Part shown: positions 19,451 to 27,310 of the stretch, one piece after another
Numbering within the stretch: the first letter of the stretch is position 1
How the letters are laid out: each line of letters begins with the position of its first letter
Virus record (IMG/VR): IMGVR_UViG_2609459792_000007
DNA length: 64,000 bases
Strand: one strand, 5' to 3'
DNA from: a virus
Taxonomy: Duplodnaviria; Heunggongvirae; Uroviricota; Caudoviricetes
Translations under genes and position numbers: made by a program
Notes under the pieces: model-generated
Database searches by the model: none
What the model was told of the DNA's origin: nothing
What the model saw: only the letters and a program-made list of their open reading frames with translations

Positions 19451-20233
19451 ATGAAAGACGAAATTCACAAATTAGCCTGCGACATCATTGATAAAACTGG
19501 TTTAGAAATCAGCGAGAGCAATCGACTAGACATCATTGAAAAAGCGGTAAAAACAGCAATGGATCATATCGCCACTCGTTTGGTTGAGATCCCGCTACCA
19601 GGGCTACCTTATCTGAAAGTTGAGTTACACGTATGGGGTGAACCTTCTTGTGCACGGCGTTCTGCATTAGTTGTTTTTATTAGCAAAGAAAACCCGCTCA
19701 GTCTTAAAGTGCAGGTTGGTGCATGGATGGATGGCAAAGTGATCTACACAAATACCGTTTTTTGTGCGCCAAACGACAGTATTATTGAAGAGGCTATTCA
19801 GGAATCACTTCTAACTATGCATAGCTTAGTTTTGCTGGAAGACAAGCAAAACTACGAAGAGTACTTACGGTCGATAAAAGGTGAGAGAACATTGTCACTT
19901 AGAGCCGATTTCGTTACCCCGACAAACCTGTTGGAAGTCTTGCTTAATAAAGGGGCTAATGATGCCGTAAATGTAATCAGAGAGAGTGAGTATGCGTCTC
20001 TTTGCGACATGTGCAAAAGCCAGTTGGATCTGGTGCATATCGTTATTGATGCTGGGAAGGCATGTGATGGCGTAATGGCGGAATTTGCTGGGAAGATGGT
20101 CAGGATTGCTAACGAATTACCGATGATAGAGCAAGAGGCTAAATCATACGCCACCAATCATGTCACAGAGCTTCTTGTCCCCTATCGCTTAGAAAGCAAT
20201 CAGCGCAAGATGATTAGCTGGGGAAGTTGGTAA
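19451..20233 (+). CDS. hypothetical protein
   Basis: 260-aa ORF; no motif recognised. Confidence 0.5.
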   Translation: MKDEIHKLACDIIDKTGLEISESNRLDIIEKAVKTAMDHIATRLVEIPLPGLPYLKVELHVWGEPSCARRSALVVFISKENPLSLKVQVGAWMDGKVIYTNTVFCAPNDSIIEEAIQESLLTMHSLVLLEDKQNYEEYLRSIKGERTLSLRADFVTPTNLLEVLLNKGANDAVNVIRESEYASLCDMCKSQLDLVHIVIDAGKACDGVMAEFAGKMVRIANELPMIEQEAKSYATNHVTELLVPYRLESNQRKMISWGSW

Positions 20234-20289
20234 TCTCTCCGCGCGTCGTTTTTTTACGCAAACAATGATAGGTAAGTACAAGATTATTT

Positions 20290-20772
20290 ATGGCGATAGT
20301 TGTGAAAGCTGATTTGTCAAAAATCCCCTCTATTTCAGGAAATAATGGTTATTCACTTCGTTGTGAGGAAGTAAAGATAAACGGTGAGTCGGCATATTGC
20401 AGTTACTCCGTTTGCCAGCACACCATTCTTGCCTTCAAAGAAAACCGTCTTCCTCGAACTTCTTTCCAGTCGTGCGCAACCGCTATTAAAGCAGGCAAAT
20501 GCAAGGCGTTAAAAATGATGGTTGAAGAGATTCGTAAAGGAGAATCTCTGTATTTCGAAGATATGACCGCACTCATTAAGGAGGTTGAAGAACGGAATAA
20601 ACAAGCCAGAACTATAAAACGAAAACGTGACAGTGTAACGATTAATAGCATGGTTAAGAAGAGCGCCACATCACAAACAGCGATCACTGACGTGTATGCG
20701 GCGTTGCTTGAAGAAACAACAAAAGAAACACATGAGCAAATCGATCAACATATGGAGGCAAAACAACAATGA
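20290..20772 (+). CDS. hypothetical protein
   Basis: 160-aa ORF with several Cys; no motif recognised. Confidence 0.45.
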   Translation: MAIVVKADLSKIPSISGNNGYSLRCEEVKINGESAYCSYSVCQHTILAFKENRLPRTSFQSCATAIKAGKCKALKMMVEEIRKGESLYFEDMTALIKEVEERNKQARTIKRKRDSVTINSMVKKSATSQTAITDVYAALLEETTKETHEQIDQHMEAKQQ

Positions 20773-22091
20773 AAAAGTTGATCGCACTTAAGCATAAGCT
20801 GGACGAAATGAAAGCTATGGGAACCAATGCAAAAAAAGAGGCATTGGCCAACATGGATGACTTTGAACAAAGCATGGTTTCATTGATGCTCAACCCTTTC
20901 ATCCGTTTTGGGGTAAAGAAATACAAAGTGGCAGAGCCGCTTAGTGAGTCCGTCCCAAGTGACGAAAAAGCCATTGATGTACTGAATAAGCTGGCCTCTC
21001 GCGAGCTGACGGGGAACGCAGCAATAGTTGCTGTTGAGTCTATCGTAGCGTCAATGTGCGCCGATGGGCAGGACGTGTTCCGTCGTTTCCTCTTAAAAGA
21101 CCCGAAAGCAGGTGTTGGGATTAGCCTATGCAACAAGGTTTTTGAGAATCCCATTCCGAAATTCGAGGTGCAGCTGGCGTCACCGTATAAAGAAAAAGGC
21201 GACAAATACCCCTTCAAGCCAAATCCTAAAGCAAAATGGCCGATGATTGGCAGTCTTAAGCTCGATGGTTTGCGAGTAATTTGCGAGGTTATTGTTGACG
21301 AGGAAGAGGTTAACTTCCTTTCTCGTACTGGTAATCCAATCACGTCTCTCGATCACCTAAAGCCAGCAATGCTCGAATTAGGCAAACTTTCAGGCCACAA
21401 ACACATCTTCTTCGATGGTGAAGGAACAGCCGGTTCATTTAACCAGTCCGTATCTGCATTGCGCAAAAAGAACGTGCAGGCAATTGGCGCTATTTATCAT
21501 GTTTTCGACTTCTTCCTACCGGAATGGCGGGCACAGGCTAAATCCAAAGAGTATGCAAAGACAGGTATGAAGCTGAAAGAGCGCCTGGCTATGCTGGTGG
21601 CGTTGTTCAAAAACGATCGCAGTGAAGGCTACGGACAAGACATTCACCTGCATCCGTTCTATATCATCCATAGCCACGAAGATTTCATCGAACGCTTTAT
21701 GAAACGCCTGGACGATAACGAAGAAGGGGAGATGGGCAAAGATCCGAACTCTGTTTACGAGTTTAAACGTACCCGCAGCTGGTGGAAGTTAAAAGACGAA
21801 GATTCAGAAGATGGTGAAATTATCGACTTTGAGCCGGGCGACCCGGACTCTGGTTTTGCCAACACACTTGGAAAAATTGTTATTCGTCTTGAAAACGGCG
21901 TCATCGTTCGTGCGAGCGGCATTAAGCATAAATATCTGGACGAGATCTGGAACAACAAAGAGAAGTACCGTGGTCGTATTGTTGAGGTTCATTGTCACGA
22001 GAAAACGCCGGATGGCAGCTTACGCCACCCACGACTGAAATGGCCGCGTTGCTTACGCGATACAGAAGATCGAATCGGAGATAAAGAATGA
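20769..22091 (+). CDS. ATP-dependent DNA ligase
   Basis: 440 aa; adenylation motif SLKLDGLRV (KxDG). Confidence 0.7.
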   Translation: MKKLIALKHKLDEMKAMGTNAKKEALANMDDFEQSMVSLMLNPFIRFGVKKYKVAEPLSESVPSDEKAIDVLNKLASRELTGNAAIVAVESIVASMCADGQDVFRRFLLKDPKAGVGISLCNKVFENPIPKFEVQLASPYKEKGDKYPFKPNPKAKWPMIGSLKLDGLRVICEVIVDEEEVNFLSRTGNPITSLDHLKPAMLELGKLSGHKHIFFDGEGTAGSFNQSVSALRKKNVQAIGAIYHVFDFFLPEWRAQAKSKEYAKTGMKLKERLAMLVALFKNDRSEGYGQDIHLHPFYIIHSHEDFIERFMKRLDDNEEGEMGKDPNSVYEFKRTRSWWKLKDEDSEDGEIIDFEPGDPDSGFANTLGKIVIRLENGVIVRASGIKHKYLDEIWNNKEKYRGRIVEVHCHEKTPDGSLRHPRLKWPRCLRDTEDRIGDKE

Positions 22092-22267
22092 TGCTCGGCT
22101 GGATGATTGCATTTTTAGCGGTTGGTTTTTTAATCGGTATTGTGGTGATGTCCAGTTGCATCAATGACTACATTAAAAGCGGTGTTATAGAACGACGCGG
22201 TCGTATTTATCGCATTGTAGAAATAACCCACACAGTGAAGGAGATTAAGGATGATCGTATTAAGTAA
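22088..22267 (+). CDS. small membrane protein (59 aa, below ORF-track cutoff)
   Basis: Read from sequence: MMLGWMIAFLAVGFLIGIVVMSS..GRIYRIVEITH; one TM helix then a basic tail; paralogous pattern to the two small genes that follow. Confidence 0.4.
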   Translation: MMLGWMIAFLAVGFLIGIVVMSSCINDYIKSGVIERRGRIYRIVEITHTVKEIKDDRIK

Positions 22268-22466
22268 GCGGGAGAAGGAAACGCTTCATGAAATCAGTAA
22301 GTGGCCGGAGTTCCCTGAGTACTGGAAGCCTAAAACGCGGGCTAAGTTAGAGCGGTTAGGGTTGGTTGCAAACGTTTCTGAAACGTGGTGTTCGGCCAAC
22401 TACCAGTTAACTGATAAAGGGAAAGTATTGCTACAGCAATTAGTAGAATCAGGAGCGTTAAAATGA
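22251..22466 (+). CDS. hypothetical protein
   Basis: 71-aa ORF; no motif recognised. Confidence 0.4.
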   Translation: MIVLSKREKETLHEISKWPEFPEYWKPKTRAKLERLGLVANVSETWCSANYQLTDKGKVLLQQLVESGALK

Positions 22467-22615
22467 TTCCATACATCTCATTAGCTTTTATGGGTGGCTT
22501 CCTTATTGGCTTCGGCATCTGTCGTGATTTAATTAAGCAGGAACTTAAAACCAAAACACTGTGCATCGGAAAGCGTGTGTATCGGGTAGTTCATGAAACA
22601 AAGGTTAGAAAATGA
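22463..22615 (+). CDS. small membrane protein (50 aa, below ORF-track cutoff)
   Basis: Read from sequence: MIPYISLAFMGGFLIGFGICRD..GKRVYRVVHETK; TM helix plus basic tail. Confidence 0.4.
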   Translation: MIPYISLAFMGGFLIGFGICRDLIKQELKTKTLCIGKRVYRVVHETKVRK

Positions 22616-22902
22616 GCAATTTAACTTCTTGGGACTGGTGGTTGGTCACCTATTTCTTAGCGGCTGGAGTAGCATTCGCCTTTTACGTAGGTCAGTTAGT
22701 CGTAAAACTGTTGCTGATTAAATTTGCTAGTCATAAACGTATCGATGATGGTCTGTGGCGTCTTGGCACCTTGGTGGAAACTCGCTACGGGCAACTTAAG
22801 GAGAACGAAACCATTACTATCCAAGCGAAACGATTCACTGCCACCATCACAAGAACACCTAGTCGTAGAGTGGCCTTGATCAAAAAAGTCACAACCGAAT
22901 AA
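22612..22902 (+). CDS. small membrane protein
   Basis: 96 aa; N-terminal TM helix (WWLVTYFLAAGVAFAFYVG), then ..LGTLVETRYG.. Confidence 0.45.
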   Translation: MSNLTSWDWWLVTYFLAAGVAFAFYVGQLVVKLLLIKFASHKRIDDGLWRLGTLVETRYGQLKENETITIQAKRFTATITRTPSRRVALIKKVTTE

Positions 22903-23681
22903 AAATACAATGATAAGTATTTACTTACTTATCTTATATGTATAAGATGACTTTGTTTTCGTTGAGACGCGACTGTTTGAACTTAAATACAAGTGCAAAC
23001 GAAGAAGTCTATCTGGCAGTAGCCTAATAAGCCAAACACCAGCGAGGTCAGTTTCCAGCCTCGTTACCGAAATGGGACACACTGAGCGAGTGTGATTGCA
23101 GAACGCAGGAGGGAACATTCATGTTCCCTCCGATGAAGTAACAGAATGGGCGGTTGGTATATTTTCAACTCCATATGACTCCCGGATTCTTAGCCACTGA
23201 CCGCCCATTCTGTTACGTCATTTTGTTCAATTATGTCGTTTATACTGGGTTAAAAAGCGGCGACGTAGCCCGGCTGGTATGGTCAGCCAGCACACAACGT
23301 TGAGGCCATTACATTTTTATCAATTCTAAGGTTCTATTCACAGAGATACCGGCGAGCGTTGATATGTAACATGTTGGGCAAACATTCAATCGGAGTAGTG
23401 GCCTCAACGTTGTGAAAATAGGATAGTTGTGTAGGTTTAACCACTGTTGCCATTGGTACCTGTTTTCACAACAAATGATTCCATACATCACATTGTATAA
23501 ATTACAAAGTAGGTGCTGTCCTCAGAAACATCATCTACTTAAATAATTTGCCTTCTACTATTGAGCGAAGTCGAAAGCGTCTGGCACTAACGAAAAGTGC
23601 AAGTAGCGGTGCGTTTCCTGGCAGAAACTAACACCGCCGCGATTGGCACTGTTGAGTAATAAATACTGGCAGTGCTGAATT

Positions 23682-23756
23682 GATGGTGTAGCTCAGCGGT
23701 AGAGCAGTTGGCTGTTAACCAACTGGTCGGTGGTTCGAATCCACCCACCATCGCCA
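23682..23756 (+). tRNA. tRNA-Asn (GTT)
   Basis: Cloverleaf read by hand: acceptor GATGGTG/CACCATC, D-arm GCTC-AGCGGTA-GAGC, anticodon loop CTGTTAA, T-arm GGTGG-TTCGAAT-CCACC, CCA encoded. Confidence 0.85.
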
Positions 23757-23761
23757 ATTTA

Positions 23762-23848
23762 GGGGAGTTAGTCCGTAGAGGTAGCGGGGTAGACTGTAAA
23801 TCTACTGTCATGGAGACTCGGGTGGTTCGACTCCATCACTCCCCACCA
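23762..23848 (+). tRNA. tRNA-Tyr (GTA), long variable arm
   Basis: Acceptor GGGGAGT/ACTCCCC, anticodon stem-loop GTAGA-CTGTAAA-TCTAC, long variable arm, TTCGA T-loop, CCA encoded; D-arm pairing atypical. Confidence 0.7.
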
Positions 23849-23852
23849 AATT

Positions 23853-23928
23853 GCCGGTTTAGCTCAGTTGGTAGAGCGCCTGCCTTGTAAGCAGGATGTC
23901 AGCGGTTCGAGTCCGTTAACCGGCACCA
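23853..23928 (+). tRNA. tRNA-Thr (TGT)
   Basis: Acceptor GCCGGTT/AACCGGC, D-arm GCTC-AGTTGGTA-GAGC, anticodon loop CTTGTAA, T-loop TTCGAGT, CCA encoded. Confidence 0.85.
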
Positions 23929-24142
23929 ATACAACGATAAGATCATTACGGTTAATCGTCGTTCATGTGCACAATGACTGGTCGAAAGGTAGTGATCTTA
24001 CCGTTGTGGTGGATTCGCAGACTGATGCGATAGCTTTCTTGGATGTTAGGGAAATGCGGCCGCAAATCTTCCCTTTCGCGAGCGGTGATCGTCCGTAGTC
24101 CTAATTGGCTGCACCGTATGCCGGAGATTCAGTACCGGCCAC

Positions 24143-24229
24143 CACAACGGCCGGAGAGTAGGGAGCATGGTGCTCAAGCGGTCTTGAAAACCGTCCCATT
24201 GCGCAAGCGATGATGGTTCGATTCCATTA
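24143..24229 (+). tRNA. tRNA-Ser (TGA), class II
   Basis: Acceptor GGAGAGT/ACTCTCC, anticodon stem-loop GCGGT-CTTGAAA-ACCGT, long variable arm, T-loop TTCGATT, CCA encoded; D-arm atypical. Confidence 0.65.
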
Positions 24230-24396
24230 CTCTCCGCCAGACACAGCGTTGAGCGGTTTGGCCTTTTAATCAACTCGATTAAGACTCCGCTAACATAAAC
24301 CAGACCGCTCAACGCTGTGATAGACAATTACGGCAGACGTTCTTAACCATAGCTTGCTAACATCCTAGCAACACTTTTTTTCAGCGCAAAATTCAA

Positions 24397-24418
24397 AGGG
24401 GCTTCGGCCCCTTTTTTG
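24397..24418 (+). terminator. rho-independent terminator after the tRNA cluster
   Basis: AGGGGC-TTCG-GCCCCT followed by TTTTTT. Confidence 0.8.
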
Positions 24419-24460
24419 CAACTGAAAGAGTCAAGTCTACGAACTTTGTAGGGAGAAATA

Positions 24461-24811
24461 ATGACCAGCAAAGAGAACACACCACTAAAAGTCACCCCTG
24501 AACACATTGAACAACTCATTCAAAGTGAACATTATTTCACTGCATATGATGCCAGCCACGGGGATAACTTCATCTCTGTTTACAATTCAAAAACAGATAT
24601 CGACAAAGGTCATGAGTCGTTAAAACTCTTAACGTTCTGCGTTATGGTTCTCAAAAATGGATATACCGTAACGGGAAAATCTGCGTGCGTAAGACCAGAA
24701 ATCTTCAACTTTGATGTTGGTCGTGAGTACGCTCGAAAAGATGCTATCGATCAAATCTGGCCCCTGGAAGGCTATCTCCTGAAGCAAAAGTGGCATGAGG
24801 CAAAGCAATGA
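24461..24811 (+). CDS. hypothetical protein
   Basis: 116-aa ORF; no motif recognised with confidence. Confidence 0.5.
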   Translation: MTSKENTPLKVTPEHIEQLIQSEHYFTAYDASHGDNFISVYNSKTDIDKGHESLKLLTFCVMVLKNGYTVTGKSACVRPEIFNFDVGREYARKDAIDQIWPLEGYLLKQKWHEAKQ

Positions 24812-25053
24812 CGATCACTATCTACGGACGAGATAACTGCTCATACTGCAAACGTGCGGTCGAGCTGGCGAAGCAACTAAAGGGACATGGCTACGGTGAT
24901 TATGAGTACATAGACATCACCACTGCCGGTATCGACAAGAAAAAACTAAGTGAAATTGTTGGTAAACCGGTAGAGACTATCCCCCAAGTACTGATCGATG
25001 GTCAACCGATTGGCGGATACACAGAACTGGCTGCATACGTCAGCACCCTCTGA
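24808..25053 (+). CDS. glutaredoxin (Grx1/NrdC-like)
   Basis: 81 aa; CSYC active site; GKPVETIPQVLIDGQPIGGYTELAAYV closely parallels E. coli Grx1 (GKPVETVPQIFIDQQHIGGYTDFAAWV) as recalled. Confidence 0.85.
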   Translation: MTITIYGRDNCSYCKRAVELAKQLKGHGYGDYEYIDITTAGIDKKKLSEIVGKPVETIPQVLIDGQPIGGYTELAAYVSTL

Positions 25054-25057
25054 TTTT

Positions 25058-25083
25058 AACGGCTCACAGGAGCCGTTTTTATT
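25058..25083 (+). terminator. rho-independent terminator
   Basis: AACGGCTC-ACAG-GAGCCGTT followed by TTTATT. Confidence 0.7.
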
Positions 25084-25133
25084 ACCACCAAACTCACTCC
25101 CATTTCCCTTAAAATTCAAAAAACAACGTCAAA

Positions 25134-25164
25134 ATGATTCCATACCTACTATGTATGGAATCAT
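25134..25164. promoter_or_regulatory. perfect 12-bp inverted repeat upstream of the recombinase gene
   Basis: ATGATTCCATAC-CTACTAT-GTATGGAATCAT; half-site ATGATTCCATAC also at 22463 and 23478; 17-mer ATGTATGGAATCATTAG recurs at 31181-31197. Confidence 0.5.
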
Positions 25165-25263
25165 TAGTGAAAATGAGTTACTTTTACTCTTGATCCTATA
25201 AGAATCTATGCCTAATATACTGTTTACTTATACAGTGAATCGGCGTAACTCGGTGATTGTCAT

Positions 25264-26367
25264 ATGAAAAATAGCTTTGACAGAGCACGCGCTGCGGAGA
25301 ACACCTCAAAAGAGGCGATTGAGTATCTCGAAAGAGCATCTCAAATGCAGGCCGTTATGATCTCGCAGGTTAGCATTGATATGAGATTCTCGGACGCATT
25401 CATGTTATTCACTCGCTTATCTCTGCTGATAACCAGACGTCGGCCAGAGATCGCTGTTCATTGTATTTTGATACATGTTTTGCCGCACATTGCCGATGTA
25501 AAAGTAAGTGACATTAATAGGTTCATGGTGAACCAGCTGGTCAACCCACTAATACTGGATGGCAAAATTGTTATGGGCCGCCGCGTTTTCTCTCTGATGA
25601 AACAGTTCCTTAGCTGGTGCGCCTTCCAGGGGATGATAGACGTGTCACCGTTAAACGATATGTCACTAAACAAAGTTGCCGGTGGCGCAAAGCCCACACC
25701 TCGCGAGCGGAAGCTGACCGACGCAGAGGTATGGGTGTTCTGGAATATATGGGACTACTTCAATGTGTGCGCTGGTACAAAATGGGCGGCCAGGCTGTGT
25801 CTTGTATCAGCAAGACGACCTGACGAAGTACTGCGGGCTAAAAAAAGTGAGTTCAATCTTAAGCGTGGGGTTTGGAATCAAGGCAAGAGAAACAAGTCAG
25901 CACGTGAGCATTCGCTGCCTTTAAGCACATTAATGCGCACATGCATTGAAGAGTTGTTCGAATACGGTAAAGACAGCCAGTGGCTCGTGCCTTCGAATAA
26001 AAAAATCGGGAAAGACCTTCCTATGTCTAAAGTGGCAATAGCCCAGGCATTACGTCGTATTCTGGAACGACCAGAACTGATGGAGCTTGAGCCATTTACA
26101 CCCCGAGATTTGCGCCGTACTGCGCGTAGTTACTTCCCAGCATTAGGCATAAGCCAGGAGGTATCACGCAAAATCATGAACCACAGTCTTGAGGGGATAG
26201 ATCGGGTCTACGACCGGCACGATTATATGGACGAGATGCGAGACGCCTTAGAAAGTTTCTCGACGTACATCGCATCAATCGTAGAGCAACCGGATTTAGA
26301 CGAAATTGACCACAAATTCAAGGGAGATCGTCTATCAACAGAGCTTATTCGTGTAAATTTTTCATAG
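25264..26367 (+). CDS. tyrosine recombinase / integrase (P4-family catalytic domain, atypical N-terminus)
   Basis: 367 aa; C-terminal catalytic residues in RDLRRTARSYF and NHSLEGIDRVYDRHDY; N-terminal about 60 aa do not resemble the usual arm-binding domain. Confidence 0.75.
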   Translation: MKNSFDRARAAENTSKEAIEYLERASQMQAVMISQVSIDMRFSDAFMLFTRLSLLITRRRPEIAVHCILIHVLPHIADVKVSDINRFMVNQLVNPLILDGKIVMGRRVFSLMKQFLSWCAFQGMIDVSPLNDMSLNKVAGGAKPTPRERKLTDAEVWVFWNIWDYFNVCAGTKWAARLCLVSARRPDEVLRAKKSEFNLKRGVWNQGKRNKSAREHSLPLSTLMRTCIEELFEYGKDSQWLVPSNKKIGKDLPMSKVAIAQALRRILERPELMELEPFTPRDLRRTARSYFPALGISQEVSRKIMNHSLEGIDRVYDRHDYMDEMRDALESFSTYIASIVEQPDLDEIDHKFKGDRLSTELIRVNFS

Positions 26368-26748
26368 AGACTTTATGGCCTCAACAACCTTTTGTGATGC
26401 GCCTTTCTCTTTACCGAATCGCTCGTTATACGCAGCAAGAACCTGTTTTTCGTCCTCGTTAAGAGGAGCGGTGCCTTCTTTGTATAAAAATGCTGCGAGT
26501 TCAGGTTGGCGTTCTTCCAGCACCATCATCATAAGACGACTTGGTTCAATACCCAGCGCCAGCGCCAGCGGACGAACCTTATCGATAGGCAAAGGAATTT
26601 TGCCACTTTTAATTAAAGAAAGGTTGTTGGCATTTTTATAACCAATAAGTCTGGCTATTTGGGCCTGACTCATAGGTGAGGATTCAATCAGCCCTGCGAT
26701 AAAAGCAGCATAGCGACTTTCTATAAATTCAATCTTGTTGTCAGACAT
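26362..26748 (-). CDS. HTH (XRE/CI-like) transcriptional repressor
   Basis: 128 aa; helix-turn-helix QAQIARLIGYKNANNLSLIKSG; no S24 peptidase domain; divergent from the downstream + genes across an AT-rich intergenic region. Confidence 0.65.
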   Translation of the reverse strand: MSDNKIEFIESRYAAFIAGLIESSPMSQAQIARLIGYKNANNLSLIKSGKIPLPIDKVRPLALALGIEPSRLMMMVLEERQPELAAFLYKEGTAPLNEDEKQVLAAYNERFGKEKGASQKVVEAIKSL

Positions 26749-26999
26749 TGTTACAACCTTTGCGCGTTTAATTCTCTCTGGTAAGTGCTTACCGATATTA
26801 CATCAAAGGTTAGGGTTGTAAAGCTATTATCATTTTTTTCGGCAGGCACTTGTAAGACCGAGCAAAGGTCCATGCATGGAGAAAAACTAGCCCAAAATAG
26901 GTAAGAAAATTAACTTGCATCTGATATAGATGTATTCAGTATTGATACAAATTTTAGTAGTATTCCTTACCATAGTATAAGTTAGAATGGATTGATTGA

Positions 27000-27212
27000 A
27001 TGAAAACCACTATTTCCAGCCTAATCGCTCTTGAGATCGGACACGTACAGAAATTAGCTGATGAGTGTGTAGCTGACATCCTCACCGATCTACCGAATGA
27101 GCAGATTCAGGTTGGTGTGAATGACACAACTGGCTTTATATTCGAACTTAACAACAAACGCTTCACGCTTCTCAATACCGGCTCCGGGTCTTTAGCCGTC
27201 AGAATCTGTTAA
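27000..27212 (+). CDS. hypothetical protein
   Basis: 70-aa ORF divergent from the repressor gene; no motif recognised. Confidence 0.4.
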   Translation: MKTTISSLIALEIGHVQKLADECVADILTDLPNEQIQVGVNDTTGFIFELNNKRFTLLNTGSGSLAVRIC

Positions 27213-27310
27213 CCCCTCTTCTCCCTGCGCGAATGGCTTAGTTCCCTGTTCGCGCAGTGCTACATTAAACACACTAGTAAATAATTTGTTTTCATAACAA
27301 AGGATTAGCC

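Noticed and set aside
23587-24327. ORFs of 60-93 aa overlapping the tRNA cluster
   Set aside because: They overlap well-formed tRNA genes on the same or opposite strand and have no start context.
23682-27310. Integrated-prophage boundary (attL/attR) within the window
   Set aside because: No direct repeat of any tRNA 3' end was found downstream of the recombinase/repressor; the surrounding genes are phage-plasmid genes on both sides.
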